The translations under genes and the position numbers were made by a program. Positions 1-10,054 of a DNA stretch of 64,000 nt are shown one piece after another. Within the stretch, counting starts at the first letter, position 1, and every line of letters starts with the position of its first letter. Source of the DNA: an uncultured Chthonomonadaceae bacterium. GTDB taxonomy: Bacteria > Armatimonadota > Chthonomonadetes > Chthonomonadales > Chthonomonadaceae. The notes beneath the pieces are model-generated. The model saw only the letters and a list, made by a program, of their open reading frames with translations. It made no database searches and was not told where the DNA came from. Where the stretch lies: assembly GCA_963835065.1 (NCBI GenBank), contig CAWIEK010000044.1:384001-448000 (forward strand). Reading direction: 5' to 3'.

Positions 1-2586
1 CAGGCCGCTGGCCTGCGTGGTGACGGGCACGATTTTAGTCGGTTCCGTGATCGTGTTGGTATCCTGCGGGCCGGTTCCGCTCAGGACGATGGCGGTTCCC
101 GTTGGGGCAACGGAACCCGCGCCCGTCAGCGTGACATGCACGGGCTGGGGCTGCGCGGACGAGTTGACCATTTTCACGTACACGGTTCCGGTTTTGCTGT
201 CGCGGGTCACGCTTTCGGCCAGCCGCGTATTTCCGGTCAGGATGGCGGGCAGAACCGTATCGCCGTGATGAGCGGCAAACATTGCCTGCGCGTAATAGGA
301 GGGTGAGCCGTAGTTGGTCAGCGCGTCGTAGCCGATAAGGTTGACGGCCCACTGCCTGCCGCCGGGATTGACATTGACCAGAAGGGGCGCGTAGGATTCC
401 AGAACCACGATGTCGGAATTGCGCTCCATACCCGTCATCCAGGCCGCGTCGCCAAGCGCGGAATTCAGCGTGGGCGTGGGGCCTTTGGTTTCGGGGCGTT
501 CCCAGGGGCGGTCTATGTCCTGCGACGCCCATTCGCCGACAAAGATTTTCGGGCCATTGCGGTCATAGCGGTCATAATGGTGCGCGTCCCGCTCCATCGC
601 CCGCGCCGTCCGGTAAAAATGCTCGTCCAGCACGTCCGGCTTGCGGCTGCGTACCGAGGTTGTGGCAATGATTTGCAGTTTGGGGTATTTGGCTTTGATG
701 GCGTCGTAGAACTGCGCGAAGCGTCCGTCGTAACTGCCCGAACGGTCGAAATTGTCCTCGTTGCCCACTTCCACGTAGGTCAGCGGGAACGGCGCGGGGT
801 GTCCGTTTTTGGCCCGCTCCGCGCCCCATTTCGTGCTGTTCGCATCGCCGGTCACGTACTCGATCTCGTCCAGTGCGTCCTGCACGTATGGCTGCAAGTC
901 GGGACCGGGCGTGACGTGTTCGCCGCGCAGGGAGTAGCCGCCGTAGACGGCCAGCACCGGCTCCATTTTCAGGTCTTCGCACCACTGCAAAAATTCCTGC
1001 AAGCCCATGCCATCGGAAGAGCGGTAGCTCCACGTTCCCGTATGACCGGGGCGCTGCGTAATCGGCCCAATCGTCTTTTTCCAATCGAAGCGGGTGGCGA
1101 TGGTGTCGCCTTCCAAATAGTTGCCGCCGGGCAGGCGCAGAAACGCGGGCTTCATATCCCCTAATCGCTGCATCAGGTCGGGGCGGTTGCCGTTCGGACG
1201 GTTTTTGTACGTGGGCGGAAACAGGGAAACGAGGTTGAACCAGACCGTGCCGGGCTTGGAAGTGGACAGTACGAAGCGCGTGTCTTTGGTGGGCGAAACA
1301 TTGCCCGTGTTCAGCGCCAGCGTGTATTGTTTCCACTCCGCGCCGATTTTAGACACCTGCGCATGGGCGTATACCGTTGCGCCATTTGTGCTTTCGATGC
1401 TTGCCGTGATCGGCCCGGAGAAATCCTGTCCGGCGCGGGCGTAAAACGAGGTCCGGTAGCGCGTGTTGGGCTTGACGGGAATACCCCAGTAGCCGTCATT
1501 GGCGATGCCGACGCGCCCCTTCTCCGTCGCGCCGTTTACTGTGAGTTTCAAACTCGTGGGCAAAACCGGGTTGAGCGGCTGCGTAGTGTCCAGCGCGATT
1601 TCGCCCGTTGCACTGCCTTCCTGCAGGCGCGTGTTGGCGTCGCCTTCCTGTACCACCGACCAGTGAACCGGGTTGGCGGGATTGTCCCGGAAGACGCGGT
1701 TGCGGATCAATTCGCCGTACAATCCGCCGTCATAAGAATAGTTGATTTCCTCGGTCATCAGGCCGTACAGCATGGGACTCACCTTCGCTCCGGGCTGCGC
1801 CGCATTGATTTGCAGGCTTGCGGGACCGGAAGGAGTTTCCTGCTGCATGGCGTTGGGCAGGTCGGCGCGGGCAAGCGAGCGCACATCGGACGCTGAAAGG
1901 GGCGCGTCGTACAGGCGCACCTCGTCAACTGCGCCGTTCACCCAATCCACCGGGTTGCCGTTGAATTTGCCCCTGCCAATCACCGTGCTTCCGGCTGCGC
2001 GCCACGCGCTTTGTACGGGAATCTTCTGCTGCAACACGCCATTGACGTACAAAGCCAGCGTTTTGGCGCTTGCATCGTACACGCCCGCCAGGTGGTACCA
2101 CGTATTCGGCATCGGCGCAATGTCGGAAGAAGCAATCGCGGCGTTATTCGCCGCGCTGTCATTGGCAGGCAGGGTGATGGCAAATTCGCCGTTATCATCC
2201 CGCAATTGCAGGAAGAAGCCGCTGATTTGCTGCCCGTCCACGCTCACGAACGTCTGGTAGCCGCCGATACGGTTCAATTTCACGCAGGCCGTGACCGTAT
2301 AACTGCGCGTGGTGTCTATGACGGGGCGCGCGATTTCGGCGAAACTGCCGGGGCGTCCGCCGAAGCGCAGGGCATGTGTTCCCACGCCGCCCGCCGCCCA
2401 ATCCACACTGCCGCGCAGGGTCAGCGCGTTGACGGCCTGCCCGGAAGCATCAGATGCCGACGCGCCGGTTCCCTCCTCAAACTTCCATTCCACGACCGGG
2501 CGCGGCGTGGCTTCCTGTGTTCGCGCCCCCATCATGGGCAGCATCAATGCGGCGGCGGCAAGGGAAAAAACAACTTTGTTTCTCAT
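1..2586 (-). CDS. Secreted GH51 alpha-L-arabinofuranosidase with N-terminal LamG/concanavalin-like domain (3' end runs off the window)
   Basis: Not in the ORF track because it is open at the edge. Manual translation from ATG 2586 gives a signal peptide MRNKVVFSLAAALML, LamG motifs (WYHLAGVYD, LYVNG, GAVDEVRLY), then YGLMTEEINYSYDGGLYGELI, FLRLPGGNYLEG, YVEVGNED, VGEWAS and AAWMTGMERNSD, typical of GH51. Confidence 0.88.
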   Translation of the reverse strand, partial: MRNKVVFSLAAAALMLPMMGARTQEATPRPVVEWKFEEGTGASASDASGQAVNALTLRGSVDWAAGGVGTHALRFGGRPGSFAEIARPVIDTTRSYTVTACVKLNRIGGYQTFVSVDGQQISGFFLQLRDDNGEFAITLPANDSAANNAAIASSDIAPMPNTWYHLAGVYDASAKTLALYVNGVLQQKIPVQSAWRAAGSTVIGRGKFNGNPVDWVNGAVDEVRLYDAPLSASDVRSLARADLPNAMQQETPSGPASLQINAAQPGAKVSPMLYGLMTEEINYSYDGGLYGELIRNRVFRDNPANPVHWSVVQEGDANTRLQEGSATGEIALDTTQPLNPVLPTSLKLTVNGATEKGRVGIANDGYWGIPVKPNTRYRTSFYARAGQDFSGPITASIESTNGATVYAHAQVSKIGAEWKQYTLALNTGNVSPTKDTRFVLSTSKPGTVWFNLVSLFPPTYKNRPNGNRPDLMQRLGDMKPAFLRLPGGNYLEGDTIATRFDWKKTIGPITQRPGHTGTWSYRSSDGMGLQEFLQWCEDLKMEPVLAVYGGYSLRGEHVTPGPDLQPYVQDALDEIEYVTGDANSTKWGAERAKNGHPAPFPLTYVEVGNEDNFDRSGSYDGRFAQFYDAIKAKYPKLQIIATTSVRSRKPDVLDEHFYRTARAMERDAHHYDRYDRNGPKIFVGEWASQDIDRPWERPETKGPTPTLNSALGDAAWMTGMERNSDIVVLESYAPLLVNVNPGGRQWAVNLIGYDALTNYGSPSYYAQAMFAAHHGDTVLPAILTGNTRLAESVTRDSKTGTVYVKMVNSSAQPQPVHVTLTGAGSVAPTGTAIVLSGTGPQDTNTITEPTKIVPVTTQASGL

Positions 2587-2696
2587 AGTTCTTAATTCTG
2601 CAAGTAAAGGCGTTAACGTTTGAATGAATACACAGTATGGAGAGTAACCACAGGAATCGTCCATGTGGTAGTGTTATTGTAGCACAAACCGGCTTT

Positions 2697-4307
2697 TTAT
2701 AAGCCGGATTCGGGCGCAGGGTTTGTGGTTTTGGTGGCAGAAACGGTGGCTGCCGGTTTGTCTTCGGCAAGCAGGCTGCTGACCGCGCGTACCGCAATTT
2801 TTGCCAACAGGCCGATGCCGAACAGCGCGAGGCACAGAAACAGCAGGGTGACACTGGTACAGGTGAGCCAGCGTGGTTCGCGGCGGTTTTTTGAGGTCGA
2901 ACGGGGAACGCCACGCTCTAAAGGCACGGTCGTGGGAGTGTGGGCGGGCGGCGTGTTCGGCGGCGAGGGCGCAGGCACAGACGCGGGCGTTCCGGCTTCA
3001 TCCCACATGCGTTTGAGCGGCTGCAAAAAACCCAATGCGGCTTTCCCGGCAGGCGTTTTCTGCAAGGTATCCTGCGCGGGCTTCCACCAGCCTTCGTCTT
3101 CTTCGGGCGCAGGCGGCGCTTGCTGGCCGGGTACAGTCGCCGCGTGAGCCGGGGCGGATGGGGCGGGCGGGGCGGAAACCGGCGGGCGGGGAGAGGAACG
3201 CCCATTCGGAGGCGCAGGCGCAGCAGTCGGGGTTTTGCCCGCAGTCGGGGGTTTCCCCCCGGTATTTGCGGCTTGCGTCCGGGCGTTCGTGGCTTGCGTC
3301 CCGACGTTCACGGGCTGCGATTGCGCCTGCTCGCGCTGCGCCTGCGCGTTTGCGGATTTGGGTTGGGCTGTCGGCGCGGGCGGATCGTGCCACCAGGGAG
3401 TGGGCGCGGGCAGGTCGGGCAGGGAAGCAACGGTTTCCGCAAAATCCGGCACACGCCAGATCACGCCCTCACACGCTTCGGCCAATTTCTGCGACAGTTT
3501 GCGTACCAGAGGTTCGCCGCTCTGATATAAGCGCTTGAAAATGTCGGACTTTTGAGGCGCTTTGAAGTCGGTTGCGGAAAACAGCAGGTTTTCGCCCGTA
3601 TGAAACGTTTCCCACAATCTGGGATCGTAAATCAGGGCGACCAGACTGGTGTAAATCACCAGAGCGGCGAAATTGTCCAGATTGGCGTTGTAGCTTTCCG
3701 CCGCGCGTTGTGGATGCTGATAGTTGGGATGGCCGAGTTCATGGCTGGCCTGTCCGCGCAGGGATGGCACGAACAAGCCGTCGTAATCCACAAGCCGCAA
3801 TTCGCCATTGGGCGTAACCAGCACATTACCATGCTGCAAGTCGGCGTGCGCGATACCGTTGTGGCGCAAGTCCGCCAGCAGTTTGCGCCACTGCCGCGCC
3901 AGTCTGCGCAGGGTGTCCGGTTCCTCAAGATGCTTGCTGATATAGGTGTGCAGCGTGACGCCTTCGACCCAGTCCATTTTGACAATCGGATACCACTGCC
4001 CGCGCACCCGAATACCCTGCGGCTCATACGCGAACCCGACCATCCCCGGCATCTTGATCTGGCTAAGGTACGCGCTCAGGGCGGCGTAGCGCTCCCGCTG
4101 ATCCGCGCTTGGGCGCAAAAAGCAGCGCACGGCCCACCGGTGTTCGCCGTTGCGCATTTCGTACACGCTGGCAAACATGCCCGACGCCACGCGGGGCAAT
4201 CCCAAGCGGTTCAGCGTGACCTGCCCGCCTTGCAATTGCGGGTCCTGAAAACACTGCTTCGGGTTTTGAACGGCGTCCTGATAATCGGAGGCAAGCGGCC
4301 AGTTCAT
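2697..4307 (-). CDS. TerY-P-associated Ser/Thr kinase-like protein, copy A (kinase + Pro/Ala-rich linker + C-terminal TM helix)
   Basis: Motifs SGMFASVY, WAVRCF, HADLQHGN, LVDYDG and ELGHPNYQHP. ATGA overlap with the upstream PP2C. Hydrophobic segment VTLLFLCLALFGIGLLA. Confidence 0.88.
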   Translation of the reverse strand: MNWPLASDYQDAVQNPKQCFQDPQLQGGQVTLNRLGLPRVASGMFASVYEMRNGEHRWAVRCFLRPSADQRERYAALSAYLSQIKMPGMVGFAYEPQGIRVRGQWYPIVKMDWVEGVTLHTYISKHLEEPDTLRRLARQWRKLLADLRHNGIAHADLQHGNVLVTPNGELRLVDYDGLFVPSLRGQASHELGHPNYQHPQRAAESYNANLDNFAALVIYTSLVALIYDPRLWETFHTGENLLFSATDFKAPQKSDIFKRLYQSGEPLVRKLSQKLAEACEGVIWRVPDFAETVASLPDLPAPTPWWHDPPAPTAQPKSANAQAQREQAQSQPVNVGTQATNARTQAANTGGKPPTAGKTPTAAPAPPNGRSSPRPPVSAPPAPSAPAHAATVPGQQAPPAPEEDEGWWKPAQDTLQKTPAGKAALGFLQPLKRMWDEAGTPASVPAPSPPNTPPAHTPTTVPLERGVPRSTSKNRREPRWLTCTSVTLLFLCLALFGIGLLAKIAVRAVSSLLAEDKPAATVSATKTTNPAPESGL

Positions 4308-5410
4308 GCCAGTTCCTCCTTTAGAAAGTCGAGGCTGTTCGCGCGCGCGGGTTCGGAGTCGGGAGTTCCCGCAAAAACCGCTTGTGGCGGCGCGTCGGAA
4401 GCGGTTTCCGTTGACCCGGGCAAAGAGGCGTCGGTTGGCGCGGAAGACTGCGCATCAAGAGTTTCTGTTTGCGCGGGCGTTTGTACGTCCGCCAATGCAG
4501 AAGCCTGCGCGTCCTGAGTTGGCGAAACGTCCGAAGCGTCCACAATAACCAGCGTAACATCGTCGTTGCGGATGGCGCGCTCGTGCCGCAGCCGGGTGAT
4601 AAAGGCGGTAAACTCCTCCTGCCCGTTCAAGCCGCAAAGCGTGTCCCAGGGGCGATTGTCCGCTTCCACTTCCACCAGAAACCACCGCGCGAGGGCATCC
4701 GTCGCAAACAGCAGCACATCCCCGGCCTGCAGCGTCCCATCCCCAATCACGATGTTATCCCAAACCCGCTTGTTGTTGGCCGGGTTGGAAGACAGCAGGG
4801 GCGGCGTACTGTCGAACTGCGCCGACGCTTCCAACGGAAACGCCATCTTCACATTCCCGTCGCGTATCTGAAACAGGCAACTGTCGCCGATAGCGAAGAC
4901 CTGGAATGATGAGTGATGAGTGATGAGTGATGAGTGAACTGCATTTTGTTCATCATTCATCACTCGGCGTTCATCATTTACCTTAAATGCCAGCAGCGTG
5001 GCGAACGCGCCGGCGCGGGCTTTGTCTTCGGCGAACCAAGGCAGGGTTGTCCAGGGAACGCGACTGTGCCATTCGACTTGGAGGGGCTGCGTCCAGGCTT
5101 GGAGGCGCTCGGTGTGGACAGGGATGGTCGCCGACGGATCGGACACGAAGCCTGCTGTCAACGCCTGCGCCCACAGCCGGGCAAACGAGCTTTCGGTTGC
5201 CCCGTCCGCAATGGCGATGCAATCCGTTGCCACTGCGTAAGCGTCTTCGTAATCCGTCTCGGAGTTGCCGCCTTTGGGCATCCAGAAGGCGCGCGGCACA
5301 AGGCCCGCCACCCGCGCGAGTTCCGGCGGAAGGGTTTGTTGTGGCAAGTCGTTATCCGTGCTGATGTTATCTGTGCCGATGTTATTTGAGCCGATTATGT
5401 CTGCCTTCAT
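4304..5410 (-). CDS. PP2C-family phosphatase (TerY-P triad), copy A, with an in-frame repeat-derived insert
   Basis: Motifs YEDAY, AIADGATES, IGDSCLF, LFATDAL and RNDDVTLV. Confidence 0.9.
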   Translation of the reverse strand: MKADIIGSNNIGTDNISTDNDLPQQTLPPELARVAGLVPRAFWMPKGGNSETDYEDAYAVATDCIAIADGATESSFARLWAQALTAGFVSDPSATIPVHTERLQAWTQPLQVEWHSRVPWTTLPWFAEDKARAGAFATLLAFKVNDERRVMNDEQNAVHSSLITHHSSFQVFAIGDSCLFQIRDGNVKMAFPLEASAQFDSTPPLLSSNPANNKRVWDNIVIGDGTLQAGDVLLFATDALARWFLVEVEADNRPWDTLCGLNGQEEFTAFITRLRHERAIRNDDVTLVIVDASDVSPTQDAQASALADVQTPAQTETLDAQSSAPTDASLPGSTETASDAPPQAVFAGTPDSEPARANSLDFLKEELA

Positions 5411-5495
5411 TCCAGCCTTTATGTCCTGCGTACGCGCGTTAGCCTGTGGTTGTCTGAGCGCCGGAGTCAGAAATTCCGAGTACCAGGGCTTTTTG

Positions 5496-6329
5496 TCAGC
5501 GGAGATTACTGGGTCGTGTGCCGATGTCCAGAAAGCGGATCAAATCCACCAGGTCGGCATTAAACGCGAAGCCCCGCGCATCCACGCCAATCGGAAAGCC
5601 TTCGCCAATTGCCGAGTCGCTCATGCTTTGCGGCAGGAGAGAAGACAGTTCAAACAATTTGCGCGCCCAGGCGTCCGGCAGTCCGGCGTCGGAATTGGGG
5701 AACACAATCGGCGCGGCGGCATGACCGGAAATGTGGCAATTGAACAGCAGCGTGTTGCCGTCGGATGTGCTTAACCCGGCCAGCGCCTGCGCTTCCTGTG
5801 TGGGGTCGTTGTTGTACTCGCCGTCCGTGATGTTGATAACGATGGGCGGATATGAATCGGGATGGTTGGCGATCCAGGTCTGGAGCAGTTGGTGCGCCAT
5901 TTTGAAGGCTTCGCCCATGGGCGTCCCGTTGTCCATGACGGGTTCGAGCCACACGGGGAACTTGATGGTCTGGTCCACCAGCCCGCCCGCGCCGTCATCC
6001 ACTTTTTTGGTTCGTTCTTCCACGCGGGTCGGATTGTTGGCGACTTCGCTGATCGGCACGAGGAACTTGCCCGCCAATGCCCCGCCGAACGCGGGCTGCA
6101 CTTTGCCGCCATACCCGATAACGCCGATCACGTAATAATCGTTGATGCCCTCGCCCTTGGCGCATTTGATGACGAGGTTTTGCAGCAGGCGGTTGATGGC
6201 GTCGGAAACGCCGTCCGCCTTGCGCTTGCCCTGCCCGCCCCCGAATGGCTCCTCCATAGATTTCGACTGATCAATCAAAAAAACAAACGCGCTGGGATTG
6301 GCGCGGCTTATTTCGGCTGAGTAGGCCAT
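5496..6329 (-). CDS. terY: vWA-domain TerY-like protein, copy A
   Basis: MIDAS motif FLIDQSKSM, GTPM and INITDGE. GGAGG RBS before ATG 6329. First gene of the vWA-PP2C-kinase operon. Confidence 0.88.
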   Translation of the reverse strand: MAYSAEISRANPSAFVFLIDQSKSMEEPFGGGQGKRKADGVSDAINRLLQNLVIKCAKGEGINDYYVIGVIGYGGKVQPAFGGALAGKFLVPISEVANNPTRVEERTKKVDDGAGGLVDQTIKFPVWLEPVMDNGTPMGEAFKMAHQLLQTWIANHPDSYPPIVINITDGEYNNDPTQEAQALAGLSTSDGNTLLFNCHISGHAAAPIVFPNSDAGLPDAWARKLFELSSLLPQSMSDSAIGEGFPIGVDARGFAFNADLVDLIRFLDIGTRPSNLR

Positions 6330-8032
6330 GAAATGCCCTCCGTAGCCCTGCATTTGTGGTCCGCAGGGATGATTTTGGTTTCGTAAGCACTACGGATGCA
6401 AAGCGGTTTGGTTTCAAAAAGGACTAATTTTTTCCCGGCGTGGAAGGTTGTGGGATTAGCGGTGGAAACGGTGGCTGCCGGTTTGTCTTCGGCAAGCAGG
6501 GTGCTGACGGCGCGTACCGCAATTTTTGCCAACAGGCCGATGCCGAACAGCGTGAGGCATAGAAACAGCAGGGTGACACTGGTACAGGTGAGCCAGCGTG
6601 GTTCGCGGCGGTTTTTTGAGGTCGAACGGGGAACGCCACGCTCTAAAGGCACGGTCGTGGGAGTGTGGGCGGGCGGCGTGTTCGGCGGCGAGGGCGCAGG
6701 CACAGACGCGGGCGTTCCGGCTTCATCCCACATGCGTTTGAGCGGCTGCAAAAAACCCAATGCGGCTTTCCCGGCAGGCGTTTTCTGCAAGGTATCCTGC
6801 GCGGGCTTCCACCAGCCTTCGTCTTCTTCGGGCGCAGGCGGCGCTTGCTGGCCGGGTACAGTCGCCGCGTGAGCCGGGGCGGATGGAGCGGGCGGGGCGG
6901 AAACCGGCGGGCGGGGAGAGGAACGCCCATTCGGAGGCGCAGGCGCAGCAGTCGGGGTTTTGCCCGCAGTCGGGGGTTTCCCCCCGGTATTTGCGGCTTG
7001 CGTCCGGGCGTTCGTGGCTTGCGTCCCGACGTTCACGGGCTGCGATTGCGCCTGCTCGCGCTGCGCCTGCGCGTTTGCGGATTTGGGTTGGGCTGTCGGC
7101 GCGGGCGGATCGTGCCACCAGGGAGTGGGCGCGGGCAGGTCGGGCAGGGAAGCAACGGTTTCCGCAAAATCCGGCACACGCCAGATCACGCCCTCACACG
7201 CTTCGGCCAATTTCTGCGACAGTTTGCGTACCAGAGGTTCGCCGCTCTGATATAAGCGCTTGAAAATGTCGGACTTTTGAGGCGCTTTGAAGTCGGTTGC
7301 GGAAAACAGCAGGTTTTCGCCCGTATGAAACGTTTCCCACAATCTGGGATCGTAAATCAGGGCGACCAGACTGGTGTAAATCACCAGAGCGGCGAAATTG
7401 TCCAGATTGGCGTTGTAGCTTTCCGCCGCGCGTTGTGGATGCTGATAGTTGGGATGGCCGAGTTCATGGCTGGCCTGTCCGCGCAGGGATGGCACGAACA
7501 AGCCGTCGTAATCCACAAGCCGCAATTCGCCGTTGGGCGTAACCAGCACATTACCATGCTGCAAGTCGGCGTGCGCGATACCGTTGTGGCGCAAGTCCGC
7601 CAGCAGTTTGCGCCACTGCCGCGCCAGTTTGCGCAGGGTGTCCGGTTCCTCAAGATGCTTGCTGATATAGGTGTGCAGCGTGACGCCTTCGACCCAGTCC
7701 ATTTTGACAATCGGATACCACTGCCCGCGCACCCGAATACCCTGCGGCTCATACGCGAACCCGACCATCCCCGGCATCTTGATCTGGCTCAGGTACGCGC
7801 TCAGGGCGGCGTAGCGCTCCCGCTGATCCGCGCTTGGGCGCAAAAAGCAGCGCACGGCCCACCGGTGTTCGCCGTTGCGCATTTCGTACACGCTGGCAAA
7901 CATGCCCGACGCCACGCGGGGCAATCCCAAGCGGTTCAGCGTGACCTGCCCGCCTTGCAATTGCGGGTCCTGAAAACACTGCTTCGGGTTTTGAACGGCG
8001 TCCTGATAATCGGAGGCAAGCGGCCAGTTCAT
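6308..8032 (-). CDS. TerY-P-associated kinase, copy B (C-terminus extends across the duplication junction)
   Basis: Near-identical to 2697..4307 at offset 3725. Diverges after ...KPAATVS. Confidence 0.88.
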   Translation of the reverse strand: MNWPLASDYQDAVQNPKQCFQDPQLQGGQVTLNRLGLPRVASGMFASVYEMRNGEHRWAVRCFLRPSADQRERYAALSAYLSQIKMPGMVGFAYEPQGIRVRGQWYPIVKMDWVEGVTLHTYISKHLEEPDTLRKLARQWRKLLADLRHNGIAHADLQHGNVLVTPNGELRLVDYDGLFVPSLRGQASHELGHPNYQHPQRAAESYNANLDNFAALVIYTSLVALIYDPRLWETFHTGENLLFSATDFKAPQKSDIFKRLYQSGEPLVRKLSQKLAEACEGVIWRVPDFAETVASLPDLPAPTPWWHDPPAPTAQPKSANAQAQREQAQSQPVNVGTQATNARTQAANTGGKPPTAGKTPTAAPAPPNGRSSPRPPVSAPPAPSAPAHAATVPGQQAPPAPEEDEGWWKPAQDTLQKTPAGKAALGFLQPLKRMWDEAGTPASVPAPSPPNTPPAHTPTTVPLERGVPRSTSKNRREPRWLTCTSVTLLFLCLTLFGIGLLAKIAVRAVSTLLAEDKPAATVSTANPTTFHAGKKLVLFETKPLCIRSAYETKIIPADHKCRATEGISWPTQPK

Positions 8033-9135
8033 GCCAGTTCCTCCTTTAGAAAGTCGAGGCTGTTCGCGCGCGCGGGTTCGGAGTCGGGAGTTCCCGCAAA
8101 AACCGCTTGTGGCGGCGCGTCGGAAGCGGTTTCCGTTGACCCGGGCAAAGAGGCGTCGGTTGGCGCGGAAGACTGCGCATCAAGAGTTTCTGTTTGCGCG
8201 GGCGTTTGTACGTCCGCCAATGCAGAAGCCTGCGCGTCCTGAGTTGGCGAAACGTCCGAAGCGTCCACAATAACCAGCGTAACATCGTCGTTGCGGATGG
8301 CGCGCTCGTGCCGCAGCCGGGTGACAAAGGCGGTAAACTCCTCCTGCCCGTTCAAGCCGCAAAGCGTGTCCCAGGGGCGATTGTCCGCTTCCACTTCCAC
8401 CAGAAACCACCGCGCGAGGGCATCCGTCGCAAACAGCAGCACATCCCCGGCCTGCAGCGTCCCATCCCCAATCACGATGTTATCCCAAACCCGCTTGTTG
8501 TTGGCCGGGTTGGAAGACAGCAGGGGCGGCGTACTGTCGAACTGCGCCGACGCTTCCAACGGAAACGCCATCTTCACATTCCCGTCGCGTATCTGAAACA
8601 GGCAACTGTCGCCGATAGCGAAGACCTGGAATGATGAGTGATGAGTGATGAGTGATGAGTGAACTGCATTTTGTTCATCATTCATCACTCGGCGTTCATC
8701 ATTTACCTTAAATGCCAGCAGCGTGGCGAACGCGCCGGCGCGGGCTTTGTCTTCGGCGAACCAAGGCAGGGTTGTCCAGGGAACGCGACTGTGCCATTCG
8801 ACTTGGAGGGGCTGCGTCCAGGCTTGGAGGCGCTCGGTGTGGACAGGGATGGTCGCCGATGGATCGGACACGAAGCCTGCTGTCAACGCCTGCGCCCACA
8901 GCCGGGCAAACGAGCTTTCGGTTGCCCCGTCCGCAATGGCGATGCAATCCGTTGCCACTGCGTAAGCGTCTTCGTAATCCGTCTCGGAGTTGCCGCCTTT
9001 GGGCATCCAGAAGGCACGCGGCACAAGGCCCGCCACCCGCGCGAGTTCCGGCGGAAGGGTTTGTTGTGGCAAGTTGTTATCCGTGCTGATGTTATCTGTG
9101 CCGATGTTATTTGTGCCGATTATGTCTGCCTTCAT
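8029..9135 (-). CDS. PP2C-family phosphatase, copy B
   Basis: Differs from copy A at three residues (S/T, D/N, I/V). Confidence 0.9.
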   Translation of the reverse strand: MKADIIGTNNIGTDNISTDNNLPQQTLPPELARVAGLVPRAFWMPKGGNSETDYEDAYAVATDCIAIADGATESSFARLWAQALTAGFVSDPSATIPVHTERLQAWTQPLQVEWHSRVPWTTLPWFAEDKARAGAFATLLAFKVNDERRVMNDEQNAVHSSLITHHSSFQVFAIGDSCLFQIRDGNVKMAFPLEASAQFDSTPPLLSSNPANNKRVWDNIVIGDGTLQAGDVLLFATDALARWFLVEVEADNRPWDTLCGLNGQEEFTAFVTRLRHERAIRNDDVTLVIVDASDVSPTQDAQASALADVQTPAQTETLDAQSSAPTDASLPGSTETASDAPPQAVFAGTPDSEPARANSLDFLKEELA

Positions 9136-9220
9136 TCCAGCCTTTATGTCCTGCGTACGCGCATTAGCCTGTGGTTGTCTGAGCGCCGGAGTCAGAAATT
9201 CCGAGTACCAGGGCTTTTTG

Positions 9221-10054
9221 TCAGCGGAGATTACTGGGTCGTGTGCCGATGTCCAGAAAGCGGATCAAATCCACCAGGTCGGCATTAAACGCGAAGCCCC
9301 GCGCATCCACGCCAATCGGAAAGCCTTCGCCAATTGCCGAGTTGCTCATGCTTTGCGGCAGGAGAGAAGACAGTTCAAACAATTTGCGCGCCCAGGCGTC
9401 CGGCAGTCCGGCGTCGGAATTGGGGAACACAATCGGCGCGGCGGCATGACCGGAAATGTGGCAATTGAACAGCAGCGTGTTGCCGTCGGATGTGCTTAAC
9501 CCGGCCAGCGCCTGCGCTTCCTGCGTGGGATCGTTGTTGTACTCGCCGTCCGTGATGTTGATAACGATGGGCGGATACGAATCGGGATGGTTGGCGATCC
9601 AGGTCTGGAGCAGTTGGTGCGCCATTTTGAAGGCTTCGCCCATGGGCGTCCCGTTGTCCATGACGGGTTCGAGCCACACGGGGAACTTGATGGTCTGGTC
9701 CACCAGCCCGCCCGCGCCGTCATCCACTTTTTTGGTTCGTTCTTCCACGCGGGTCGGATTGTTGGCGACTTCGCTGATCGGCACGAGGAACTTGCCCGCC
9801 AATGCCCCGCCGAACGCGGGCTGCACTTTGCCGCCATACCCGATAACGCCGATCACGTAATAATCGTTGATACCTTCGCCCTTGGCGCATTTGATGACAA
9901 GGTTTTGCAGCAGGCGGTTGATGGCGTCGGAAACGCCGTCCGCCTTGCGCTTGCCCTGTCCGCCCCCGAACGGCTCCTCCATAGATTTCGACTGATCAAT
10001 CAAAAAAACAAACGCGCTGGGATTGGCGCGGCTTACTTCCGCTGTATAGGCCAT
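9221..10054 (-). CDS. terY: vWA-domain TerY-like protein, copy B
   Basis: Near-identical to copy A (YTAEVS vs YSAEIS; MSNS vs MSDS). Confidence 0.88.
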   Translation of the reverse strand: MAYTAEVSRANPSAFVFLIDQSKSMEEPFGGGQGKRKADGVSDAINRLLQNLVIKCAKGEGINDYYVIGVIGYGGKVQPAFGGALAGKFLVPISEVANNPTRVEERTKKVDDGAGGLVDQTIKFPVWLEPVMDNGTPMGEAFKMAHQLLQTWIANHPDSYPPIVINITDGEYNNDPTQEAQALAGLSTSDGNTLLFNCHISGHAAAPIVFPNSDAGLPDAWARKLFELSSLLPQSMSNSAIGEGFPIGVDARGFAFNADLVDLIRFLDIGTRPSNLR

